Positions 58,077 to 64,000 of a stretch of DNA of 64,000 nucleotides are shown here, in pieces. The position numbers and the translations under genes are program-made. The notes beneath the pieces were generated by a model. That model saw only the letters and a list, made by a program, of their open reading frames with translations, was not told the origin of the DNA and searched no databases. Source of the DNA: a virus; IMG/VR virus record IMGVR_UViG_3300016476_001599, positions 32,001-96,000 of that record. One strand, written 5' to 3'. Numbering within the stretch: position 1 is the stretch's first letter; the number at the start of each line of letters is the position of its first letter.

Positions 58077-61000
58077 TGTTGATTTTCGTAAATTGGAGTG
58101 ACACGAGCCATGTTATCAAGTGGTGGGAGCAGAAACTTTCGCACGTAGATGCACTTCCTAAGGAAGACAGAGCCACTTACATGGCGGACGCTGTGGCCGC
58201 CAGCCCGGAATTTCAGGTTTTGCTCAAACAGTGTGACGAGCCTTTTAAATCGCTCGATCAGCTCCGCAGCGAAGACCCTTTTAATTATTCGCTTATGGCT
58301 GTGCGATTCACTGTACCGTCGCTGCAAAAGTCAGCCAAGTACAGCCTTTCTAACCGGATGCCTGGGTTTCCGGACGCTAAGCCGCCAGTCAGCTTAGCCT
58401 GCAAATCCTTTTTGTCGGCCACGCTCAAGGACTTTTTCTTTCAATATTTGAAACCCAAAGCTGAAAACAATTTTACGTTTGTGAGTTTTGCGAGCGAAGT
58501 AGATTTTTTTCAGTTACTTGTGAACGCGTGCGCTGTCTTGGACAGTCCCATACCGCAAGGCATAGCCGCCTTTTCCAGGTGCAATCACATACGCATGGAT
58601 GAGACCGAGGCTTTGCAGCTGGTTAAAACTTACGTGCGTTTGAACTGCTCTAAGCTGCAACAGGCGGGTACGCTTGCCACGCACGAAGAGTTGGTTAAAA
58701 GCTACCAGCCGGGTGTTAGCGTGGACACGTCGAGCTTGTTGCTACTTACCGCGGCGAACATACAAGGTATTACAGAAATGGAGCCTTCAAGCTAGTCGTG
58801 AGCGACATACAACTGCACGAGGACAAACATTACGTTTTCAAGCCCTTTAGGGTTCCCAAGTACCGCGTTCAATTTCAGAATGCAAAGAGCTTGGCGGACA
58901 TACCGGGCTACGTGTGGTACACACCCGCGGCGTTGTATCTTTGGGGACGGTTCACTGAAAAAAATTTGTCCGACTTGGTCGACAAATACAACCTATCTGT
59001 TTTTTGGTATCAGTTTGACAAGCCTATCTTTTCCGGTTTTTCTTTTTCGGAAGACAAGTCCTGGAATCATTTGTTGTGGGCAGTTCGAGTCGACGAGTAT
59101 TCGAAGCTTGTCGACGGCATACTTGAGACAGTTCAGTTTGACTTAGATCGTTCAATTTTGTATCAGTATGCGTTGCAGCGTTTGCGAGTTTACGATCCGT
59201 TAGCCGTCGATACCGATCGCGTCGTCACGCCTAAAACGCCTGTTTTAGAGCTCAGTGCTTTCGCGGTGCTTTCCAACAAAATGCAATGCGCCTTCGACAA
59301 CAAAAAACCTCTGAAGACTTTGCCGGGAATGGTATCATATCCGCCGGATAGCTTGCACGTTAAAGCCGCACAGAGACTGTTTCGGCTATCGCACAAGGAC
59401 ACAGACGCCGCGTTTTCGGCCTATAAGCGTGTTATGTCTGAGATGCAAGACGAGGCTTATTTTTTGGACGTTAAAAACAAGAAGGCTAACGTAAGGATTA
59501 AAAGCAAGTAAATGACAACGTTCGATCCATCGGCTAAGACTTTCCCGGTAGACAGTCTGCAGAATTTTTTGATCCCCAACCAGGTTTTGCAACTTAAGCT
59601 GTTCTGTGACGATTCACTGGAGGGGCTTGAGAAGCAGGTAAACGATTGGATTCGCAGCACGCAGGCCGTAGTAGCGGTGCCGGGTGTCATCGCGATTTCC
59701 GGGGGTTTATTGCGTATCGGGTTGTCGTATGTTCCGGCAAGCGAGGGTGCGACGCATGCCTAGCGAAAAAAAGCCGATTCCGGCTGCGATCGATGCCTTA
59801 ATGCGGGTTATTGCGGCTAAAAAAACCGTGTCCGGCGAGTACGATCTGGAATATTCCGAGCATTTAAAACGTCTGCCTTCGGACGTCTCGGAATCTTTTT
59901 TTGCCATGGGTTCGAAAGAAGCGGACGAGGTCGGTTTGCCTTCGCTCAAATATTGTCTTTGCGAAAGCCCCGAGGGCGATTACCCGGCTGTTTACGCCTA
60001 CAACAACCTTGCAGACCTTGTGAAAGCTGTTCACTCGCGAGTAGGAAGGGAAACTGCTGTTTCCGTTTTCTACGGCCTGCCGCTTGTGTTGACTAAGTCG
60101 ACCAAGCCGGATGGGACTGCGGATTACTATTTGCGACTTCCGAACCAGACAGCCGTGAAACTGAGTAAAGGCGGGGAATTGGACGTTTACGCAGTGGCAG
60201 ACTTATCCGAAGACACTAATATGGAGGTCTTAGAGCACGGCTGGATGGGTTCAGATACCTACATGCAGTCGCAGTACTTCCGGGACGGTACAACGGATCC
60301 GTTTCAGGACGCTGAGCAAAAGAAGTTTGAAGGCGGCGACGAAGACAATTTGACAACGTAAAGGAAAGCCAATGAGCAGTTACAAGCCTAGCAGCGTGTT
60401 GCCGGGAGCGACGGAAATACCTTCAAGTATCGGCGACCGGATGGACGGCAGGTCGGCAGGATTCGACCACAACAAGCCAGGTCTGGTCGTGGTGGATCCG
60501 GACGAGTCGGACTCTTTTGTCATTGACATGGGGAAAGTTTCCAGAGAGTCGTTTGAAAAAGCGGCTCGTAGCTATTCGAGCGGCTCCGATTACTTTCAAC
60601 GACTGGCCGAGGACACAAATCGGTCTGAATCGGAGAAATCGGTAGCCAAGGACAATTTCCTTTTGGAGGATGTGGTCAAAGCTTCATCTTCCGCAGTGGT
60701 TTCGGATTTTAATCCGACAGATTCCCGTCCGAGCAATTCTCCCCGAGGGATTGATGCTTCAGTTATAAAAGCGGCTTTTGGTACGCTGGGCATTCCGTTT
60801 TTGGCGTCTGCTGTTCCGGCCAAGCCCGCGTTTACGGTATATTTTGAGTTTGCACAACTGGGAACGATGTCCGCAAGATATCATCAAGTAGTCGACGCGA
60901 AGGATTGCCTGGTTCTGGTCTATGACTCCCGTTTTGAGTACGGTCAGCAGTATTTGCCGCCAAACTTAGGGCCGGAGCAGCCGATTAACGTCGGAGTAGC

Positions 61001-61279
61001 TGAAACCGGTTTGTCGTACAACGTGGCATCACTGGGACTCAGTTGGACGCTTGGTTGTTTAGATTTCGTACTTTTGATTAAGGCGTAAACGAGATGGAAA
61101 AAAACGGTGCTATCGGCGAAAACACGCCGTGCGAAAAACCAGAGTGTTGTCGGCGGCAAACTGAAAATCTGGTACAGAAGACTTTTCAGTTTTTAACGGA
61201 CAAGGAAGCCGCGGACGAGAAAGAGAGTTGCCTTATGAAAGATGCCGCTGACGTGGTTAAACAGGCAACATCGAAGTAG
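58076..61279 (+). other. Run of hypothetical ORFs (58076-58795, 58798-59511, 59512-59763, 59756-60361, 60372-61088, 61094-61279)
   Basis: Tightly packed same-strand ORFs; no recognised motifs. Confidence 0.65.
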
Positions 61280-61301
61280 TTAGTTTTTAGCGAGATCTGC
61301 A

Positions 61302-63236
61302 ATGACATACCAAGGCGCAAGCATTCCGTTTTTCAGTCGCGGGGCTGGTGCATCGCAAGGTGAACACGGTTTTGCAGATCCGTTTAATGACATTGCAACT
61401 ACGCAGATGCCGACAACGATCAAGTCGGCTCTGCGGTGGTCAGAGTATGTTTGGCAGATAATGGGTACGTACCGCACCGCCATGGAGCGACTCGTATCGT
61501 ATTTCTTAAGCGACATCGAAATTGGTGGCGAGGATATTGGCGATGACGAGAAAAGAAAATACAAGGACTACCTGGGACAGCAACTGAATTTGATGCAGTT
61601 CTTGTCGACGGCCATGCGAGACAGGCTTTGCTACGGTAACTTTTTCGGTAGCGTTATCGTTCCTTTTCGCAGGCACTTGAAGTGTCCTTGTAGCAGCTGT
61701 AGGGCGGGTAACATGTATCCGCTTCGAGTTGTTTATGAGAACTTTGATTTTCAGTTTGATGCGTCTTTTAACTTTGTGGCGACTTGCCCTAAAACGGGTT
61801 GGCGTGGGCCCTGGGTGGTGGTGGATAAGCCCAAGGAAGAGTCGGAGCATCTTATTTTAAAGACGTGGAACCCGCACGAGATCGAAATTCTGCACGACCC
61901 GTACACAAACGAGACGGCGTACTTGTGGCGAATTCCGGAATACTACAAGCGCATGGTCAAGGAAGGCAATCTTTATCATCTGGAACGCTCGCCCAAGGCT
62001 GTACTCGAAGCTATTCGCACGGACAAGCTTTTCCGCTTTCACCATGACGCCATTTACCACATGAAAGAGCCTACTTTGGCAGGCATTCGCTCGATGGGGT
62101 GGGGTTTACCTCGCAGCCTTATAAATTACAGACAAATATGGAATCTGCAGGTTCTTCGACGGTACAACGAAGCAATTGCACTAGATTACATCATACCTTT
62201 CCGCTTGATAACGCCTGAGGTTCGTTCGGGAAGCGGTGGTGCCGGTGGCTTTGCAATGAACGATCCGATGTCGTCTTACAACATGGGTGATTTTAGGTCG
62301 CAGATTCGCAACATGATCAATCGACGGCGACGAGACCCATCAGGGTGGAATATGCTGCCTTTTCCCGTTAAGTACCAGATACTTGGCGGCGAGGCTAGCC
62401 AATTAGCTCCCACCGAGATGATTACGCAAGCGTACGATTCGCTACTTAACGAGTCAGGTGTGCCGGTTGACTTCTATCAAGGTACACTGAGTGTCCAAGC
62501 TGCACCTGTTGGTTTGCGTTTGTTCGAAAGCCAGCACCGTGCATTGGTGACCGACGCTAACAACCTTGTTCAGTGGATTATGAACACGGTCGCACGCATA
62601 ATGAGTTGGCAGAAGGCCGAATGCAAGCTTAAACCGGTCACTATTTCGGACGACATGCAAAAGCAAATGGCTGCGTTGCAGCTTATGATGGCACAGCAGT
62701 TGTCGGGTCAGTCTGGCCTGGCTGCAGTTGGTTTCGACTGGGAAACGGAGCAACGGCGTTTGGCGGACGAGGCAAGGCGACAGCAGGAAATGCAGGCTCG
62801 CATGCAGGAAGAAATGGAGCAGGCCGGTTTTGCCGCAGAAATTGCCAAGGGTATCAATCCGGCCACGCAGGGAGGACAACCAGGGGCTGCTGCTCCTGGC
62901 GGCGTAGCCGCAGGCGGTCAACAGGGTGCAAATCCAGCCGGTCCCGACGCGCAGTCGGCCATGGGTGCGGGGCAGACGCCTGTTACCGCGTACGTGCAAA
63001 GTATGAGTCCAAACGCAGCGATCACACCCAACGACTTAGAGGCGGCTGCGTCCCAGCTGGCTCAGGAGCTGTTGGGACTGCCGGAGGGTGTTAAAGACTC
63101 GGAGCTTAGAAAGCTTAAGCAGTTCAATCCGATATTGCACAGCCGTGTACGGGCCAAGATGGACGAGCAGCGGCAACAGATTAAGAATCAGGGCGGGGCC
63201 ATGCTTCAGCAACAAATGGCACAAGGGCGTATGTGA
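61302..63236 (+). CDS. Probable portal protein
   Basis: 644 aa; YGNFF, WNPHEIEI, H.KEPTLAG...WGLP, G(V)P.DF, Q/G/A-rich tail; portal-like layout, called by inference. Confidence 0.6.
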   Translation: MTYQGASIPFFSRGAGASQGEHGFADPFNDIATTQMPTTIKSALRWSEYVWQIMGTYRTAMERLVSYFLSDIEIGGEDIGDDEKRKYKDYLGQQLNLMQFLSTAMRDRLCYGNFFGSVIVPFRRHLKCPCSSCRAGNMYPLRVVYENFDFQFDASFNFVATCPKTGWRGPWVVVDKPKEESEHLILKTWNPHEIEILHDPYTNETAYLWRIPEYYKRMVKEGNLYHLERSPKAVLEAIRTDKLFRFHHDAIYHMKEPTLAGIRSMGWGLPRSLINYRQIWNLQVLRRYNEAIALDYIIPFRLITPEVRSGSGGAGGFAMNDPMSSYNMGDFRSQIRNMINRRRRDPSGWNMLPFPVKYQILGGEASQLAPTEMITQAYDSLLNESGVPVDFYQGTLSVQAAPVGLRLFESQHRALVTDANNLVQWIMNTVARIMSWQKAECKLKPVTISDDMQKQMAALQLMMAQQLSGQSGLAAVGFDWETEQRRLADEARRQQEMQARMQEEMEQAGFAAEIAKGINPATQGGQPGAAAPGGVAAGGQQGANPAGPDAQSAMGAGQTPVTAYVQSMSPNAAITPNDLEAAASQLAQELLGLPEGVKDSELRKLKQFNPILHSRVRAKMDEQRQQIKNQGGAMLQQQMAQGRM

Positions 63237-64000
63237 TGCGGATAGGCTTTGTCTGCCCAACGTACAAGGCGAAGGAGTTGCACCGTTACACGGAGAAGGC
63301 ACTAGGCTCGTTTTTTCGTACGACTCCGGGCGGGCTAGCGGTTGTCGTTGATGACGGGTCGGTCGGATTCGATAATGCTTATGCTCGTCGATTAAGAGCA
63401 TTGGCGCCGACGGAAAACCAAATAGTCGTAGAACGTTTTGAATCGCAGTTGGGCCTGACTAGAAGCTGGAATAAAGGGCTTTCAATTTGCATGGAGCAGC
63501 GGGCAGATTACGCGATTGCTGGAAACAACGACGTTGTTTTTACGCCTAGGTGGTATGAGGGCATGGTACAGCTGGCCGCCATTTCCTTTTCAATGGTGGG
63601 ACCACTTTCAAATGCTCCCGGTATAACGGCAAAAGGTCAGCAGGAGATTTCAAAGTACATCAAACCCTACAAGTTGACGGACGACCAAGAAACCTTGGAT
63701 GGATACGCGAAAAGATTGCTAGATCGCTACACAGGTAACTTTGTGGTAAGTAAGATCAACGGTTTTTTTCAGTTTGCGTCAATGGCGGCTTGGCATGCAG
63801 GCAAATACGACGAAAATCATTTCTATCGTCCGGCCAACTTTTTCAACGCAGCGGGCAAGGAAAACCCAACTCCGTTTATGACCTTAAACGAGGATGAGCT
63901 GCAGGCCCGATGGGCGAAACTAGGGATGAAGTCGGCCATAAGCTTGAGCAGCTTTATCTTCCACTACAGGGCCGTGACGCGAGGCGACAAGTACAAGAAA
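63236..64000 (+). CDS. Family 2 glycosyltransferase, runs off the window end (not in ORF track)
   Basis: MRIGFVCPTY...VVVDDGS...GLTRSWNKGL...GNNDVVF. Confidence 0.8.
   Translation, partial: MRIGFVCPTYKAKELHRYTEKALGSFFRTTPGGLAVVVDDGSVGFDNAYARRLRALAPTENQIVVERFESQLGLTRSWNKGLSICMEQRADYAIAGNNDVVFTPRWYEGMVQLAAISFSMVGPLSNAPGITAKGQQEISKYIKPYKLTDDQETLDGYAKRLLDRYTGNFVVSKINGFFQFASMAAWHAGKYDENHFYRPANFFNAAGKENPTPFMTLNEDELQARWAKLGMKSAISLSSFIFHYRAVTRGDKYKK

Noticed and set aside
1-64000. Stop-codon reassignment
   Set aside because: Core genes are intact in the standard code, and TAA, TAG and TGA all serve as stops
1-64000. tRNA or rRNA genes
   Set aside because: No cloverleaf or rRNA-like segment recognised in the few intergenic gaps; a tRNAscan/Infernal run would be needed to exclude them

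Overview
This 64-kb window looks like part of a large tailed dsDNA phage genome. There are no ribosomal or core cellular genes, and nearly all genes lie on the + strand, densely packed and often coupled. A Planctomycetota host is weakly suggested. The left half (1-29 kb) holds a DUF1257/DUF2997/Ycf46-type AAA/DUF3150-like module, a GP88-like protein, a minus-strand GpA-type terminase large subunit, RNase H, dCTP deaminase, a GHKL-ATPase/zincin protein, a pentapeptide-repeat protein, an RNAP alpha-CTD protein and many small cassette-like ORFs. At about 29.25-29.55 kb a non-coding ~50-bp inverted repeat with DnaA-box-like motifs flanks an AT-rich core (candidate origin or structured RNA). The right half is a replication/recombination module (Mre11/SbcD, Rad50/SbcC, SF2 helicase, DnaB-like helicase, primase, UDG-fused family A polymerase, dTMP kinase, SSB-like protein, RecA-like protein, DEDDh exonuclease, endonuclease VII), followed by a probable portal and glycosyltransferases. 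The most notable observation is two genes translationally coupled behind SbcD-SbcC: an IS110/Nop-like (TIGR-Tas-like) putative RNA-binding protein without catalytic parts, and a minimal RAMP (Cas7/Csm3-like) protein. They face an orphan minus-strand terminator and hairpin that could mark a small RNA. No CRISPR or TIGR array is visible. All family calls come from motifs read by eye; no searches were run.
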